A stretch of DNA of 64,000 bases from Patescibacteria group bacterium (GCA_049515915.1 JBEKTP010000005.1:15307-79306); one strand, 5' to 3'; counted from the stretch's first letter, positions 19,517-31,102 are shown. Made by a program: numbers and translations. Notes: generated by a model from the sequence alone, not told the origin.

Positions 19517-19702
19517 TTACCATGACGATTTGGTAACTCCTGGGATCTGACCTTTACTGGCTAATTCGCGAAAGCAGATTCGACAAATACCAAACTTGCT
19601 TAAATATCCCCGGCGACGACCACAACGACTGCAACGATGAACCACCCGGGTTGAAAATTTGGGTTTGCGTTTTGCTCTTTCGATTTGCGAAACTTTAGCC
19701 AT
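19517..19702 (-). CDS. rpsN: 30S ribosomal protein S14, type Z (Zn-binding)
   Basis: RCSRCGR.RG....[20 protein letters not shown]. Confidence 0.96.
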   Translation of the reverse strand: MAKVSQIERAKRKPKFSTRVVHRCSRCGRRRGYLSKFGICRICFRELASKGQIPGVTKSSW

Positions 19703-20260
19703 TTATTTCCTTTCACTTTCGGTTTTTTGAAACGGGAAGCCTAAAGCTTTAATTAACGCTTGGCCTTCTTTAAGATTGACGGCCGTCGTGACAAATGTAA
19801 TCGACATCCCATGAATGGTCTCAGCTTTTTCGTGAGTAATCTCCGGAAAAATAATCTGCTCGGCCAAGCCCAAAGTATAATTACCATTACGATCAAAACC
19901 TTTTGTGCTTAACCCCCGAAAATCTCGAAGCCGCGGTAAAACGATATTGGCCAGCTTATCGACGAAATCATACATTCTCGTGCCGCGCAGCGTGACAACC
20001 AATCCTACTTGATCGCCCTGCCGAATTTTAAAACCGGAAATAGCAGTTTTAGCCTTGCGGTTAACGGGCATTTGTCCAGTGATGGCTTGAAGAGTGGCTT
20101 TGGTCACATCCATAAATTTTGGATTAGTTTTAGCTTGACCCGTACCAACATTAATAACCACTTTTAACAATTTTGGAACATCTAAAATATTTTGAAGCTC
20201 TAATTCATTTCTCAAATCGTTTGCTAATTTTTTGTCAAAAACTTCTTTTAAATGCGACAT
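19703..20260 (-). CDS. rplE: 50S ribosomal protein L5
   Basis: PK..KVVIN.G.G, ITGQ.P, VTLRG.RMY.F, LPR.RDFRG. Confidence 0.97.
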   Translation of the reverse strand: MSHLKEVFDKKLANDLRNELELQNILDVPKLLKVVINVGTGQAKTNPKFMDVTKATLQAITGQMPVNRKAKTAISGFKIRQGDQVGLVVTLRGTRMYDFVDKLANIVLPRLRDFRGLSTKGFDRNGNYTLGLAEQIIFPEITHEKAETIHGMSITFVTTAVNLKEGQALIKALGFPFQKTESERK

Positions 20261-20263
20261 ATT

Positions 20264-20593
20264 TTAACCTTGAGTATCTAAACTCTCTTTGCATTTCCGA
20301 CAAATTCTCATCTTTTTGCCTTCGGCTTGCTGATACCCGACGCGAGTAGGGTTGGTGCAACGCGGACAAACGATTGTCACATTAGAGGCATTAATCGGCG
20401 CTAATACATCAATGATCCCGCCGTGAGGCGACTTACGCGAAGGTTTTAGATGTTTTTTAATTACATTTATTCCGACAACTGTAACTTTATTTTTTTTAGG
20501 GAAAACCTTTTCAATCGGGCCGCGCTTGCCTCGATCTTTACCCGAATTGATAATGACAGTATCGCCTTTTTTAATCTTTAAATTACTCTCCAT
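20264..20593 (-). CDS. rplX: 50S ribosomal protein L24
   Basis: IKKGD.V....GKD.GK.G, G.N..KKH. Confidence 0.96.
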   Translation of the reverse strand: MESNLKIKKGDTVIINSGKDRGKRGPIEKVFPKKNKVTVVGINVIKKHLKPSRKSPHGGIIDVLAPINASNVTIVCPRCTNPTRVGYQQAEGKKMRICRKCKESLDTQG

Positions 20594-20961
20594 TACAAGA
20601 CCTCCATCGCCATTGAAATTATTTTTGTAAAGCCAAGATCTCTGAGTTCGCGAGCCACAGGGCCAAAAATCCGGCTGCCGCGAGGGGTGTTGTCGGGATT
20701 TAATATAACTATAGAATTATCGTCAAATCGAATACTTGTTCCATCAGAGCGTGGTAAAGGTTTAACTTGTCTGACGATAACACCACGGACAACTTCCTTT
20801 TTTTTGACCGTACTATGCGGTGTGGCCACTTTGACTGAGCCAATAATAATATTGCCGATTTTTGCCGCATTCGGCTTTCCGCCTCCGATTACACGAATAA
20901 CCATGACCTCTTTAGCACCTGAGTTATCCGCAACTTTTAATCTTGTATACGACTGAATCAT
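20593..20961 (-). CDS. rplN: 50S ribosomal protein L14
   Basis: [31 protein letters not shown]. Confidence 0.97.
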   Translation of the reverse strand: MIQSYTRLKVADNSGAKEVMVIRVIGGGKPNAAKIGNIIIGSVKVATPHSTVKKKEVVRGVIVRQVKPLPRSDGTSIRFDDNSIVILNPDNTPRGSRIFGPVARELRDLGFTKIISMAMEVL

Positions 20962-20962
20962 T

Positions 20963-21274
20963 TTACTTATTACCTTTAATACTTACGACTTTCCAAGCTT
21001 TATTTTTACTGATCCGGCGAGATTCCTCGATAATAACCGTCTGGCCACGTTTGACATCTTCTTCGGTGTGAGCGAGGATTTTTTTACTCAAGACAAATCT
21101 CTTTTTATACAGGGGATGGATATTAACCGAATTAATTAAAACTGGCACAGTTTTACTGAGACTATCTTTAGTCGCCACTCCACTTAATCGCTTGGATGTT
21201 TTTTTACTTACCGTTATTTTTGGTCGTTCTTTGACCTTCGGGCTTTTATCAATGAATTCTTTTTTATCGGACAT
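20963..21274 (-). CDS. rpsQ: 30S ribosomal protein S17 (N-terminally extended)
   Basis: G......KT..V, HP.Y.K, AH, I.E.R.ISK.K.W; position in the operon. Confidence 0.9.
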   Translation of the reverse strand: MSDKKEFIDKSPKVKERPKITVSKKTSKRLSGVATKDSLSKTVPVLINSVNIHPLYKKRFVLSKKILAHTEEDVKRGQTVIIEESRRISKNKAWKVVSIKGNK

Positions 21275-21509
21275 TTTTCACCTCTTTAGCAGATGTTGAC
21301 ACTAAATCTGCCGAAACTTTTTCGCCTAACAACGTCCAGATCCGAGCGATTTTTTTTCTTTCTAAACTGATTTCTTTAAAATTTTTCAATTTTTTCAACT
21401 TAGCACCAAACCTCAATTCCACCAGTTTATGATTTGACGCCGCTAACTCTTTAATCAATGATTTGGAATCTAAGACTTTAAGTTGTTTTAGCGATTCTTT
21501 TTGCTTCAT
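21264..21509 (-). CDS. rpmC: 50S ribosomal protein L29
   Basis: L..LRF......L.N...I...RK.IARI.T; position between rplP and rpsQ. Confidence 0.88.
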   Translation of the reverse strand: MKQKESLKQLKVLDSKSLIKELAASNHKLVELRFGAKLKKLKNFKEISLERKKIARIWTLLGEKVSADLVSTSAKEVKNVR

Positions 21510-21920
21510 CTATTCTTCTTTCTTAATAAAGCGTGATTCGATATTTAATTTATGAGCCGCTAGTCTCAGTGCTTCGCGAGCGATCTCTTCGCTTACGCCG
21601 CTCATTTCAAAAAGAATACGTCCAGGTGTCACAACGGCCACAAAATGATCAAGGCCGCCCTTACCGCCGCCCATACCCACTTCGGCTGGCGTGGCTGTCA
21701 CTGGTTTATCGGGAAATATTCGAATCCAAACTTTCCCGCCCCGCTTGATAAAGTGGGTAATGGCTCGCCGAGCCGCTTCAATTTGTCTGGCAGTAACCCA
21801 ATTGCAGCTAGTAGCTTTTAAGCCATATGTGCCAAAATTAATGTTCTGGCCCCGAAGTGACATGCCTCGGCGTTTACCGCGAGCGACTTTTCGATGTTTT
21901 AATTTCTTGGGAATTAACAT
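21510..21920 (-). CDS. rplP: 50S ribosomal protein L16
   Basis: [29 protein letters not shown]. Confidence 0.97.
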   Translation of the reverse strand: MLIPKKLKHRKVARGKRRGMSLRGQNINFGTYGLKATSCNWVTARQIEAARRAITHFIKRGGKVWIRIFPDKPVTATPAEVGMGGGKGGLDHFVAVVTPGRILFEMSGVSEEIAREALRLAAHKLNIESRFIKKEE

Positions 21921-21928
21921 GATTTCCT

Positions 21929-22597
21929 TTATTCTTCGGCGATTTTATCACCTTTATAAATCCAAACTTTGACGCCAATTATTCCGTAAGTGGTTAAAGC
22001 GTCAACACGGGCAAAATCAATGTCGGCTCGAAAACGTCCCAGAGGAACTGACCCGGAACCATAATGCTCTTTTCTGGCAATTTCAGCGCCTCCTAAACGC
22101 CCCGCAACGGCAATTTTTACACCTCGGGCTTTAGCATCCATTACTTTACCCAATAATTGTTTGATCGCCCTTTTATAAGGCAGACGTTTTTCAATTTGAT
22201 AAGCGATATTTTGAGCGACAATTTCCGCTGATAAATCTGGCGATTTAACTTCAAGAATTTCGATTTCTACCTTTTTGGCTGCCAATCCCGTTTTAGGATT
22301 TCGAATCCTGGGACAATTTTTAACCAAAAAAACTTTAAGATCGTTAATTCCTTGGCCGCTCCGACCAATCAAAATACCTGGCTTTGAAGTATGAACAATT
22401 AATTTAATCGAATCTTGATCTCGGATAATTTCCGTTGACGCTACACCAGCCGTCTTACCGAATTTTTTTGACAGCGCCTTACGAATTTCAATGTCCCCAG
22501 CGAGCTTCTCGGCAAAGCCTTTATCGGCAAACCATTTCGATTGCCAATTTTTATTAATTTGGAGTCGCAAGCTGATTGGATTTACTTTATGACCCAT
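21929..22597 (-). CDS. rpsC: 30S ribosomal protein S3
   Basis: MG.KVNP...RL, PG..IGR.G, GRL.GAEIAR.E, YG..GVKVWI. Confidence 0.97.
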   Translation of the reverse strand: MGHKVNPISLRLQINKNWQSKWFADKGFAEKLAGDIEIRKALSKKFGKTAGVASTEIIRDQDSIKLIVHTSKPGILIGRSGQGINDLKVFLVKNCPRIRNPKTGLAAKKVEIEILEVKSPDLSAEIVAQNIAYQIEKRLPYKRAIKQLLGKVMDAKARGVKIAVAGRLGGAEIARKEHYGSGSVPLGRFRADIDFARVDALTTYGIIGVKVWIYKGDKIAEE

Positions 22598-22599
22598 AT

Positions 22600-22998
22600 T
22601 TACTTCCTGACTTTTGATTTTTTAGTTGGATTATCAACTGTTAAATAAATCGTAATGTGAGACATTCTCTTAAGAATCGAAGTGGCACGTCCTTGATGAA
22701 TAATGCGGCGACGCTTAAGTTTCGGGCCTTCGTCAACTGCCACCGCCTTGATATATAACGGCGCAGTAATATTTTTATCTTTGGCCTGCGAAATTCCTGC
22801 TTTTAAAACGGAAATTAAAGGTCGTCGGGCCGCTTGAGGAAAAAACGTCAAGACATTGATTGCCTCGTTGACTTCTTTCCCTAAGGCAATTTTTGAGACA
22901 AATCTTAACTTGTCTGGCGCCGTTTTGATAAAACGGCTTCGAACTTTCATTTCCGTGACGGTTTTTTTTTCAATCGTTTTTATTGGAGCGTTTGCCAT
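22600..22998 (-). CDS. rplV: 50S ribosomal protein L22
   Basis: P.K.R.V, VDEGP.LKR, GRA..I.KR.SHIT. Confidence 0.94.
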   Translation of the reverse strand: MANAPIKTIEKKTVTEMKVRSRFIKTAPDKLRFVSKIALGKEVNEAINVLTFFPQAARRPLISVLKAGISQAKDKNITAPLYIKAVAVDEGPKLKRRRIIHQGRATSILKRMSHITIYLTVDNPTKKSKVRK

Positions 22999-23004
22999 TT
23001 TTCC

Positions 23005-23343
23005 TTATTTCTTCTCGGGCTCAGCGGAAGCTTGTTTAATCGCCGTCGTCTCTTTTCGAATGACTGCGGCTGCTTCCTCACGCGCCATCCTCCCGCCATG
23101 ACGAATAAATTTGCGCGTGGGCGAAAACTCTCCTAACTTATGACCAACCATGTCTTCAACAATCAACACAGCCGTATGGGTTCGACCATTATGAATACCG
23201 ATTCTAAAACCCACCATTTCCGGTGAAATAGTCGAATTCCTGGCCCAAGTTTTAATAACGGTTTGGTCGCCTTGACGCAGGTTGGAAATTTTTTTTAGAA
23301 TATTTTCGTCAACATAGGGACCTTTTTTTAATGATCGACTCAT
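23005..23343 (-). CDS. rpsS: 30S ribosomal protein S19
   Basis: [24 protein letters not shown]. Confidence 0.97.
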   Translation of the reverse strand: MSRSLKKGPYVDENILKKISNLRQGDQTVIKTWARNSTISPEMVGFRIGIHNGRTHTAVLIVEDMVGHKLGEFSPTRKFIRHGGRMAREEAAAVIRKETTAIKQASAEPEKK

Positions 23344-23344
23344 C

Positions 23345-24172
23345 TTATTTCTTTCTCCTATTGATAATCATCTTATCTGAATATTTATTTCTTTTTCGGG
23401 TTTTAACACCTAAAGCATGTTTACCCCAAGGGGTCTTAGGATATTTTAAACCGATAGGGTTGACCCCTTCGCCACCGCCATGCGGGTGCGCATCGGGATG
23501 CATCGCTTTACCACGAACTGAGGGGCGGATTCCCATGTGTCGAACGCGCCCGGCTTTACCAATTCGCTGAAGAAAGTTGGTGATATTTGAAGCCTGACCA
23601 ATACTGGCAAAACAATTTTTATTCAATTTACGAACCTCACCTGAAGGCAAACGAACGTTGACGTAACCACCTTCTTTAGCCGTAATCGACGCTTGGGCCC
23701 CGGCTGAGCGGACGATTTTGCCGCCTTGACCTGGCTGAATTTCAACATCGAAGATGGCCACCCCATTGGGGATATTACTTAGTCTCATCCGATTGCCCTC
23801 TTGAATTTCAGTTTTCTCGTCAGCAATAACTTCTAGACCGACCCTAATTTTATCCCAGGCTAAAACGTAAGCTAATTTTTTATCTTCAAATTTCATCAAA
23901 GCAATAAAGGCACTGCGATTAGGATCATATTCTAAAGACTGAACAGTGGCTTTTTTGCCGAAATGTTGATCTAAAGACGAAATAACACGAAATTTTCTTT
24001 TCTCTCCCCCACCTTTATGGCGGACGCTTATTTGTCCGAAGCTGTCTCGACCGAATGAACGTTTCATCGCCACTGTTAACGACCGTTTAGGTTTTTTCGC
24101 CGTCAATAAAGAATAGTCAGTCACTGACATTTTACGTCTACCTTTGTTGGTCGGTTTTAATTCTTTAATCAT
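23345..24172 (-). CDS. rplB: 50S ribosomal protein L2
   Basis: [32 protein letters not shown]. Confidence 0.98.
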   Translation of the reverse strand: MIKELKPTNKGRRKMSVTDYSLLTAKKPKRSLTVAMKRSFGRDSFGQISVRHKGGGEKRKFRVISSLDQHFGKKATVQSLEYDPNRSAFIALMKFEDKKLAYVLAWDKIRVGLEVIADEKTEIQEGNRMRLSNIPNGVAIFDVEIQPGQGGKIVRSAGAQASITAKEGGYVNVRLPSGEVRKLNKNCFASIGQASNITNFLQRIGKAGRVRHMGIRPSVRGKAMHPDAHPHGGGEGVNPIGLKYPKTPWGKHALGVKTRKRNKYSDKMIINRRKK

Positions 24173-24235
24173 TATCTAATCTTCTTTTTAATATAATTCT
24201 TATTCGTACTTTTTCCTGAAAAAAATTCGTCGTAT

Positions 24236-24511
24236 TTATTCTTCGTATCCTGGAATTTTTTGACCTTTTTTCAAAGTGATAATTGCTTTTTTCCAATCTT
24301 TTCTGGTGCTTTCGAATCGGCCTCGAACAAGCTTTTTTTTACCCTTGACACTTATGACTCTTACAGCGACCACGTTAACTTTATATAAATCCTCAACCGC
24401 TTTGGCGATACTTACTTTATTAGCTTTGGACGAAACCTCGAAAACATATCTGCCTTCGGCAACGTGAGCTAATGATTTCTCCGTAATAATAGGTGAAATT
24501 AATATCGGCAT
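24236..24511 (-). CDS. rplW: 50S ribosomal protein L23
   Basis: P.ITEKS, F.V...ANK..I..AVE, WKKAI.TL. Confidence 0.95.
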   Translation of the reverse strand: MPILISPIITEKSLAHVAEGRYVFEVSSKANKVSIAKAVEDLYKVNVVAVRVISVKGKKKLVRGRFESTRKDWKKAIITLKKGQKIPGYEE

Positions 24512-25147
24512 TTATTGTTCCTTTTGGCCACCGTAACGCATTTCAATCGCTTTTAATCCTTCGGTGTCAGTAAGCAAAAAATCATATTTTAGAAGATCGA
24601 GTAGTTTCATACCCGAAAGCTGAACCGGCTTTATATATTTTAAATTGGCCGCTGATAATTCTAAATTGGCATTAGTCTTGGGTAAAACCACTAAAATCCG
24701 GCCTTCCTCAATGGGTAGCTTTTCAAGAAATGATTGCATTTTTGAGGTGCCGATAGCCGGAAATTCTAAAGATTTAGTGATAATCATTTTTTTATTCTTG
24801 ATTTTCTCGGCTAAAACAACGCGAATCGCTGCCGCTGACATTTTTTGGTTTAACCGGTTTTTATAATTTCTGATATTTCTCGGACCGAAAGTCACCCCGC
24901 CGCCAATCCAGAGAGGTGAGCGACTTGAGCCGGCTCGGGCTCGACCGGTCCCTTTTTGACGAAACGGTTTTTTACCCCCGCCCGAAACTTCACCCCGATT
25001 TTTGCTATGAGCGTTAGACTGTCTTAAATTATTAAGGTGTGCCCGCACGACTTGAACCATCAAAGCATCTTTAGACTTGGCCTCAGAAATGGCCGGCGAT
25101 ATTTCAATTTGTTCATTGGCTGCTCCGTTATATACTCTAAGCTTCAT
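24512..25147 (-). CDS. rplD: 50S ribosomal protein L4
   Basis: K.R.EVSGGG.KP.RQKGTGRAR.GS.RSP.W.GGG..FGP. Confidence 0.97.
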   Translation of the reverse strand: MKLRVYNGAANEQIEISPAISEAKSKDALMVQVVRAHLNNLRQSNAHSKNRGEVSGGGKKPFRQKGTGRARAGSSRSPLWIGGGVTFGPRNIRNYKNRLNQKMSAAAIRVVLAEKIKNKKMIITKSLEFPAIGTSKMQSFLEKLPIEEGRILVVLPKTNANLELSAANLKYIKPVQLSGMKLLDLLKYDFLLTDTEGLKAIEMRYGGQKEQ

Positions 25148-25775
25148 TGATGGCCTCCTGAATTTCTGGCTTTTCGTTCGGACTCCAGATTAAAACTAAA
25201 GATTGATTGGCTCCCGGCACAGCCCCTTTAAGATAAATTCGTTTATTTGGCCGGTCAACTTTAAAAACTTCGATATTTTTTGAGGTAACGCGCTCGGCAC
25301 CCATATGTCCGCCCATCCGGCGGCCTTTAACCACTCGTTGTGGGAAAGTCGAACCGATCGAGCCTGGTTGGCGATAATTATTTGAACCGTGAGTTCGCGG
25401 GCCGGTATTAAAATGGTGACGTTTGACCGTCCCTTGAAATCCTTTTCCTTTAGAAATTCCAGTCACATTAACCAATTCGCCTTCATTAAGAATTTCAAGA
25501 CCAATTTTATCACCGACTTTTAAATCTTGATTAGTTTTAACTTCAAATAATTTAGCTGATTTGGTTTTGGCCGGCGCCAAGTGTCCGGCTTCAGCTTTAT
25601 TTAATCGGCGTTTTTCGCCCATCCCAAACTGATAAGCTTGATAGCCGTCTTTATCGACTTTTTTGATTTGAGTAACCGTGTTTTCGGGCATTTCTAAGAC
25701 AGTGACCGCAATATTCTTGCCGCTTTCATCGAAAAGCCGGGTCATCATCAATTTTTTGCCGTAAATTGCACGCAT
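25137..25775 (-). CDS. rplC: 50S ribosomal protein L3
   Basis: G.SKGKGFQG..KR, HGS...R.PGSIG, M.G.MG, KGAVPG. Confidence 0.97.
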   Translation of the reverse strand: MRAIYGKKLMMTRLFDESGKNIAVTVLEMPENTVTQIKKVDKDGYQAYQFGMGEKRRLNKAEAGHLAPAKTKSAKLFEVKTNQDLKVGDKIGLEILNEGELVNVTGISKGKGFQGTVKRHHFNTGPRTHGSNNYRQPGSIGSTFPQRVVKGRRMGGHMGAERVTSKNIEVFKVDRPNKRIYLKGAVPGANQSLVLIWSPNEKPEIQEAINEA

Positions 25776-25860
25776 TTCGTCATAAACTCCACAACCTAAA
25801 ATTATTTCTCCGGAAACATCCCATAAAAATATTCGAGATATTATCCTGAAATATTTTCTG

Positions 25861-25895
25861 TACTTTTTACTTATTAACTATTACTTATGCCTTTT
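25861..25895. repeat. 5x heptamer micro-array
   Basis: tactttt tacttat taactat tacttat gcctttt, abutting the rpsJ stop codon. Confidence 0.55.
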
Positions 25896-26234
25896 TTAGG
25901 TTTTTATCTCAATATCCACGCCGGCCGGCAAATCAAGACTCATCAGTGAATCAATTGTTTTGGCCGAAGGTTCCATCACGTCAATTAATCGTTTATGGAT
26001 TCTGATTTCAAACTGTTCACGGGCATCTTTATGGATAAAAGGTGATTTCAAAACGGTAACTTTACTTTTTTCCGTTGGCAAAGGAATCGGCCCTGTTACC
26101 ACCGCACCCGTCCTTTCAGCCGTTTCAATAATTTTTCGGGCTGACTTGTCAATAATGCGATGATCGTATGCCTTTAGGCGAATCCTAATTTTTTGTTTTG
26201 GTGCTTCGCCTTTATGATGTTCAGTTTTATCCAT
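25896..26234 (-). CDS. rpsJ: 30S ribosomal protein S10
   Basis: [19 protein letters not shown]...K..REQFE...HKRLID. Confidence 0.97.
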   Translation of the reverse strand: MDKTEHHKGEAPKQKIRIRLKAYDHRIIDKSARKIIETAERTGAVVTGPIPLPTEKSKVTVLKSPFIHKDAREQFEIRIHKRLIDVMEPSAKTIDSLMSLDLPAGVDIEIKT

Positions 26235-26271
26235 GATATTTTGCCAACGTGCCTTTACCTATAATGATATT

Positions 26272-27456
26272 TTACTTAACAATTTTAGTCACGACTCCTG
26301 CGCCAACAGTCTTGCCGCCTTCGCGGATAGCAAACTTCATCCCATCTTCCATCGCTACCGGCTGGAGAAGTTTAACTTTGAAAGTCACTGTGTCGCCCGG
26401 CATAACCATTTCGGTATCGGCCGGCAGTTCCACTTCACCGGTCACGTCAGTGGTTCGAATGTAAAATTGCGGTTTATAGCCTTTAAAGAACGGTGTATGT
26501 CGGCCACCTTCCTCTTTGCTTAAAATATAGACTTCAGATTCAAATTCGGTATGTGGCGTGATCGAACCAGGTTTAACAATAACTTGACCGCGCTCGACAT
26601 CTTCGCGTTCAACACCGCGCAAAAGCAGTCCAACATTATCGCCGGCAATTCCTTCATCAAGCTGTTTTTTAAACATTTCAACACCAGTCACCACAACTTT
26701 TTTAGTTGGTTTAAGACCGACAATCTCAACATTTTCATTAATTTTAACTTTACCGCGCTCTATTCGGCCGGTGGCCACCGTACCACGACCTTTAATAGAG
26801 AAAACGTCTTCGACAGCCATCAAAAATGGTTTCTCGACATCACGCTGCGGTTCAGGAATATAAGAGTCCAAAGCATTCAATAATTCTTCGATGGATTTTT
26901 CCGCCTCAGGGTCACCCTCAAGAGCTTTCAAGGCTGAACCTTTGATAATAGGAACTTCATCGCCTGGGTAATTATATTTTTTTAAAAGATCACGAACTTC
27001 CATTTCTACCAAATCCAAAAGTTCTGGATCGGTCACTTGGTCGATTTTGTTTAAGAAAACAATGACCGAAGGAACGCCAACTTGACCGGCCAAAAGAATG
27101 TGCTCGCGCGTTTGAGGCATCGGACCGTCAGCGGCCGAAACCACTAAAATCGCACCGTCCATCTGCGCCGCGCCAGTAATCATATTTTTAACATAGTCAG
27201 CGTGTCCCGGACAATCAACGTGAGCGTAATGGCGCTTTTCAGTTTCATATTCCTGATGTGAAGTGGCAATAGTAATACCGCGTTCTTTTTCTTCCGGTGC
27301 GTTGTCAATCTGATCAACCGATCGCGCTTGGGCCAAGCCTTTTTTGGCTTGTACTTTTAAAATTGCCGCGGTAAGAGTAGTTTTGCCGTGGTCAACGTGA
27401 CCAATGGTACCCACATTAACGTGTGGTTTCTTGCGCTCAAATTTTCCGTCTGCCAT
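26272..27456 (-). CDS. tuf: Elongation factor Tu
   Basis: [39 protein letters not shown]. Confidence 0.99.
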   Translation of the reverse strand: MADGKFERKKPHVNVGTIGHVDHGKTTLTAAILKVQAKKGLAQARSVDQIDNAPEEKERGITIATSHQEYETEKRHYAHVDCPGHADYVKNMITGAAQMDGAILVVSAADGPMPQTREHILLAGQVGVPSVIVFLNKIDQVTDPELLDLVEMEVRDLLKKYNYPGDEVPIIKGSALKALEGDPEAEKSIEELLNALDSYIPEPQRDVEKPFLMAVEDVFSIKGRGTVATGRIERGKVKINENVEIVGLKPTKKVVVTGVEMFKKQLDEGIAGDNVGLLLRGVEREDVERGQVIVKPGSITPHTEFESEVYILSKEEGGRHTPFFKGYKPQFYIRTTDVTGEVELPADTEMVMPGDTVTFKVKLLQPVAMEDGMKFAIREGGKTVGAGVVTKIVK

Positions 27457-27603
27457 TTTAAAACTCCTGTTTCTAAAATAAAATTAAATTTTGTTTTTTA
27501 TACTTAATTACCATACCATATCCGACAAAATTTTACAACATCCAACTATAGCGATAGATTAAAACTTACTAAAAATTGACCGATAAAAAATCCCCTCGTC
27601 TGA

Positions 27604-27632
27604 ATCTTATCATAGTGGCGAAAATTAGTCAA
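27604..27632 (-). promoter_or_regulatory. Dedicated tuf promoter
   Basis: TTGACT-N17-TAAGAT on the minus strand. Confidence 0.6.
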
Positions 27633-27650
27633 CATTTGATGGTTCGGCCC

Positions 27651-27679
27651 TTGACTTGAGACGAATTTTATGATACAAT
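27651..27679 (+). promoter_or_regulatory. Promoter of the small antisense membrane-protein gene
   Basis: TTGACT-N17-TACAAT, back-to-back with the tuf promoter. Confidence 0.65.
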
Positions 27680-27689
27680 GCGTCGTCAA

Positions 27690-27863
27690 ATGAATCAAAT
27701 CATTATTTCAATAATTTTAATGTTTTACGGCGCTGCTTTGGGCGGTTTTCTAATCTCCTGCGCTTGTTTTTCGGCTGCTACGCGCCTCCGCGCCAACTTA
27801 TGGATTTTGGCGATGGTTTTAGGTATATTTGTTTTAAGTTGGATCGGCTTTGCGATTTCGTAA
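27690..27863 (+). CDS. Small 2-TM hypothetical protein between fusA and tuf
   Basis: Two hydrophobic helices; the ATG at 27678 overlaps the -10 box, so the ATG at 27690 is preferred. Confidence 0.55.
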   Translation: MNQIIISIILMFYGAALGGFLISCACFSAATRLRANLWILAMVLGIFVLSWIGFAIS

Positions 27864-27940
27864 GTTCTATCCTTAACATCGATCTATAAGAAAAGATCGC
27901 ACTTGGCGGTCTCTTCTTTTTATCTTGCGATTTTAATTTC

Positions 27941-30040
27941 CTATTTCTGCTTTCCTCCAATAATTTTTTGCGCAATATGTCCTGGCACTTCGGCGTAGTG
28001 GTCGAATTCCATCGTGTATGTCGCGCGGCCTTGAGTAGCGGAGCGCAATGTGGTCGAGTAACCGAACATTTCGGCGAGCGGCACCATCACGTCGATGACT
28101 TTCATTTTTGCCCGGTCGGACATATCCTGGATCTGGCAGCGCTTGGAATTTAGGTCACCCAAAACATCGCCCATAAAATCTTCGGGGGTGACGACTTCCA
28201 CTCTCATAATCGGCTCGAGCAAAATCGGATTGGCTTTTTTAACCCCGGCTTGCAAAGCCATTGAGCCAGCGATCTGAAAAGCCAGTTCTGACGAATCAAC
28301 TTCGTGAAACGAGCCGTCGTAAAGCATTACCGACATATCCACTAGTGGATAACTAGCAATGACTCCTCTGGCCATCGCTTCTATAATTCCCTTTTCAACG
28401 GCCGGAATAAATTCGCGCGGAATTTTACCGCCGACAATTTTATCGATAAACTCAAAACCCTCACCGCGTTCCTTGGGTGCCAACTCTAACCAAACGTGGC
28501 CATATTGACCGCGGCCGCCGGTTTGTCGGATATATTTACCTTCGGCTTTTATGCCCGTGGCTTTGATGGTTTCTTTATAAGCTACTTGCGGCGCGCCGAC
28601 ATTGGCTTCCACTTTAAATTCGCGCTTCATCCGCTCAACAATAATTTCCAAATGAAGTTCACCCATCCCCGCAATAATTGTTTGCATCGTTTCCGAATTG
28701 GAACTCACTTTAAAAGTCGGATCTTCTTGAGCAAGACGGGATAAAGCAATACCCATTTTTTCCTGATCTTGTTTGGTCTTCGGTTCAATGGCAACGGAAA
28801 TAACCGGATCCGGAAAAGAAATGGACTCCAAAATGATCGGATTTTTTTCATCACAAAGCGTATCGGAAGTGAATGTATCCTTGAGACCCACCGCGGCAGC
28901 AATTTCGCCAGCGAAAACTTCGGTCACTTCTTCACGGGTGTCGGCATGCATTCTGACAATCCGGCCCAATCGTTCCTTTTTATCTTTAGATGAGTTCAAA
29001 ACATAGGTGCCGGCCTTAGCTGTGCCCGAATAAACCCGAAAGAAAGTTAAAGTACCGACAAACGGATCGGCCGCGACTTTGAAAGCCAGCGCCGCAAAAG
29101 GCTCGTCGTCGGAAGCTTTACGCTCAAGCTCTTCTTCACTACGAGGCTTAATACCTTTGACCGGCGGGATATCGATAGGGGATGGTAGATACTCCACTAC
29201 GGCGTCAAGCATGGGCTGAACACCCTTGTTTTTCAGCGCCGAACCACAAAAAACCGGCACAATTTTATTGGCAATAACCGCTTTTCGTAAGACCGGTTTT
29301 AATTCTTCGTAAGTGAGTTTCGTGCCATCGAGATATTTTGAAAGCAAAGTGTCGTCTTGCTCGGCAATTTTTTCAATCAAAATTTGATGATATTTTTCCG
29401 CTTGTTCTTGATGTTCAGCTGGGATAACGTGTTCTTTAACATCTTGACCTTTGTCACCTTCGAAAGTGTAAGCTTTCATTTTAAGACAATCAATGACCAT
29501 TTCGAATTTTTCTTCGTGGCCGTTCGGGAATTGATAGATAACCGCGTGATCGGTTAGACGATCTTTAATGGAATCAAACGCTTTAAAGAAATCGGCTCCC
29601 ATCCGATCGAGTTTATTGACAAAACAGATTCGGGGAACTCCAAACTTGTCAGCTTGATGCCAAACTGTCTCCGACTGCGGCTCAACGCCGGCGACACCAT
29701 CGAAAACCACCGCCGCGCCATCGAGAACACGAAGTGATCGTTGAACTTCGGCCGTAAAATCAATATGACCAGGCGTATCGATAATATTGAAACGAATTTT
29801 TTCGGAAGGATTGTCACGGCTGGCCCAAAAACAGGTTGTTGCGGCTGAAGTGATGGTGATGCCGCGTTCTTGTTCTTGTTCCATCCAGTCCATCACCGCC
29901 TCGCCTTCGTGAACTTCGCCGATTTTATAAGTGCGTCCAGTGTAATATAAAATCCGTTCCGATACTGTTGTTTTACCGGCATCAATATGAGCGATAATGC
30001 CAAAGTTACGGGTTTTTTCGATTGGGTATTCGCGTGCCAT
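27941..30040 (-). CDS. fusA: Elongation factor G
   Basis: [43 protein letters not shown]. Confidence 0.99.
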   Translation of the reverse strand: MAREYPIEKTRNFGIIAHIDAGKTTVSERILYYTGRTYKIGEVHEGEAVMDWMEQEQERGITITSAATTCFWASRDNPSEKIRFNIIDTPGHIDFTAEVQRSLRVLDGAAVVFDGVAGVEPQSETVWHQADKFGVPRICFVNKLDRMGADFFKAFDSIKDRLTDHAVIYQFPNGHEEKFEMVIDCLKMKAYTFEGDKGQDVKEHVIPAEHQEQAEKYHQILIEKIAEQDDTLLSKYLDGTKLTYEELKPVLRKAVIANKIVPVFCGSALKNKGVQPMLDAVVEYLPSPIDIPPVKGIKPRSEEELERKASDDEPFAALAFKVAADPFVGTLTFFRVYSGTAKAGTYVLNSSKDKKERLGRIVRMHADTREEVTEVFAGEIAAAVGLKDTFTSDTLCDEKNPIILESISFPDPVISVAIEPKTKQDQEKMGIALSRLAQEDPTFKVSSNSETMQTIIAGMGELHLEIIVERMKREFKVEANVGAPQVAYKETIKATGIKAEGKYIRQTGGRGQYGHVWLELAPKERGEGFEFIDKIVGGKIPREFIPAVEKGIIEAMARGVIASYPLVDMSVMLYDGSFHEVDSSELAFQIAGSMALQAGVKKANPILLEPIMRVEVVTPEDFMGDVLGDLNSKRCQIQDMSDRAKMKVIDVMVPLAEMFGYSTTLRSATQGRATYTMEFDHYAEVPGHIAQKIIGGKQK

Positions 30041-30215
30041 AACGCATCCTCTTTTAAAATTAAAAAAATTTCCCCTTCGTTCTTAATTAATCTTACTGTA
30101 ATTTTCTTTATCCGTCAACAAGAAGTATCAGCATTTTTTTCAGACGAGTGTATCTTTTCGCTTTCAATACCAAAAAAGACGATTTTTCATCTTTTTTGGA
30201 TTAAAACAATCAAAT

Positions 30216-30485
30216 TTACTGCTGCGATGCTGCTTTTGCTCCCGGCAAATGACCCTTCTTACGGCCAATGATTAAATAGAGCAATGGCCCAATCCAACCA
30301 ATTATAATGATCAAAATAATCCAAAGAATCTTGTCGTTTGGATTGGGAAATTGACGGCGAATAACGTCAACCAAAGCCCAAATAAAAAGGATCAGTCCCA
30401 AAATGCCGGCGATGAGCCAAAAAATAATCAAACCGGCACCAATTGCCACAGCTGTCCCCGCGGCCGCAGCTGAAGTAGTGTCCAT
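30216..30485 (-). CDS. PLDc_N (cardiolipin synthase N-terminal-like) small membrane protein
   Basis: IWALVD......K.LW..II.....IG.LLY.IIGR pattern; AAGGAGG SD. Confidence 0.8.
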   Translation of the reverse strand: MDTTSAAAAGTAVAIGAGLIIFWLIAGILGLILFIWALVDVIRRQFPNPNDKILWIILIIIIGWIGPLLYLIIGRKKGHLPGAKAASQQ

Positions 30486-30589
30486 AAACCCTCCTTCAAG
30501 GTCTTTTGGCCCAAAAGGGCCGTAAAACCTCCTTATTTTTTTCTATAATAATATTATTTCACAAGAGTAAATAAGTGTCAAATAAACCA

Positions 30590-30615
30590 AAAAAACTCCA
30601 AGTGGGAGCTTTTTT
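30590..30615 (-). terminator. Intrinsic terminator after rpsG
   Basis: AAAAAACTCC-AAGTG-GGAGCTTTTTT stem flanked by A/T runs. Confidence 0.55.
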
Positions 30616-30631
30616 GAAATCTATCTTATTT

Positions 30632-31102
30632 TTAAAAACGCGCGTAGTGAGCAAAAGCCTTGTTGGCTTCGGCCATTTTGTGCATGTTTTCTTTTTGTTT
30701 AATGGCTGTGCCGGTATTTGAATAGGTAGCTAAAAGCTCATCGGCTAATATTTTATCAAATGAACGGCCGGTGCCTTTACGAGCGGCCGTCAGAATCCAG
30801 CGCATCGCTAACGTTTCACGGCGAGCGGCCGAAACTTCTTGCGGCACTTGATAAGTTGCTCCGCCGATTCGGCGCGGTTTAACCTCAAGGAGCGGGGCAG
30901 AATTTTTCAAAGCGGTTTCAAATATTTCCAACGGTTCCTTGCCGGTTTTGTCTTTTAAAATATCAAAAGCCGAGTAGACGAGTTTGCGCGCGGTTTCTTT
31001 TTGACCGCGGGTCATCACTTTATTGATGAATTTTTCAACCGTCACTGAACGATATTTTAAATCCGGATTTAATTCTCTCTTTTTGGCAGTTTTCCCGCGC
31101 AT
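30632..31102 (-). CDS. rpsG: 30S ribosomal protein S7
   Basis: P.LEV..RR.GGATYQVP, H.MAEAN.AFAH. Confidence 0.97.
   Translation of the reverse strand: MRGKTAKKRELNPDLKYRSVTVEKFINKVMTRGQKETARKLVYSAFDILKDKTGKEPLEIFETALKNSAPLLEVKPRRIGGATYQVPQEVSAARRETLAMRWILTAARKGTGRSFDKILADELLATYSNTGTAIKQKENMHKMAEANKAFAHYARF

Noticed and set aside
27778-27975. Minus-strand 65-aa basic ORF after fusA
   Set aside because: It overlaps both fusA and the better-supported plus-strand 2-TM gene, which has its own promoter.
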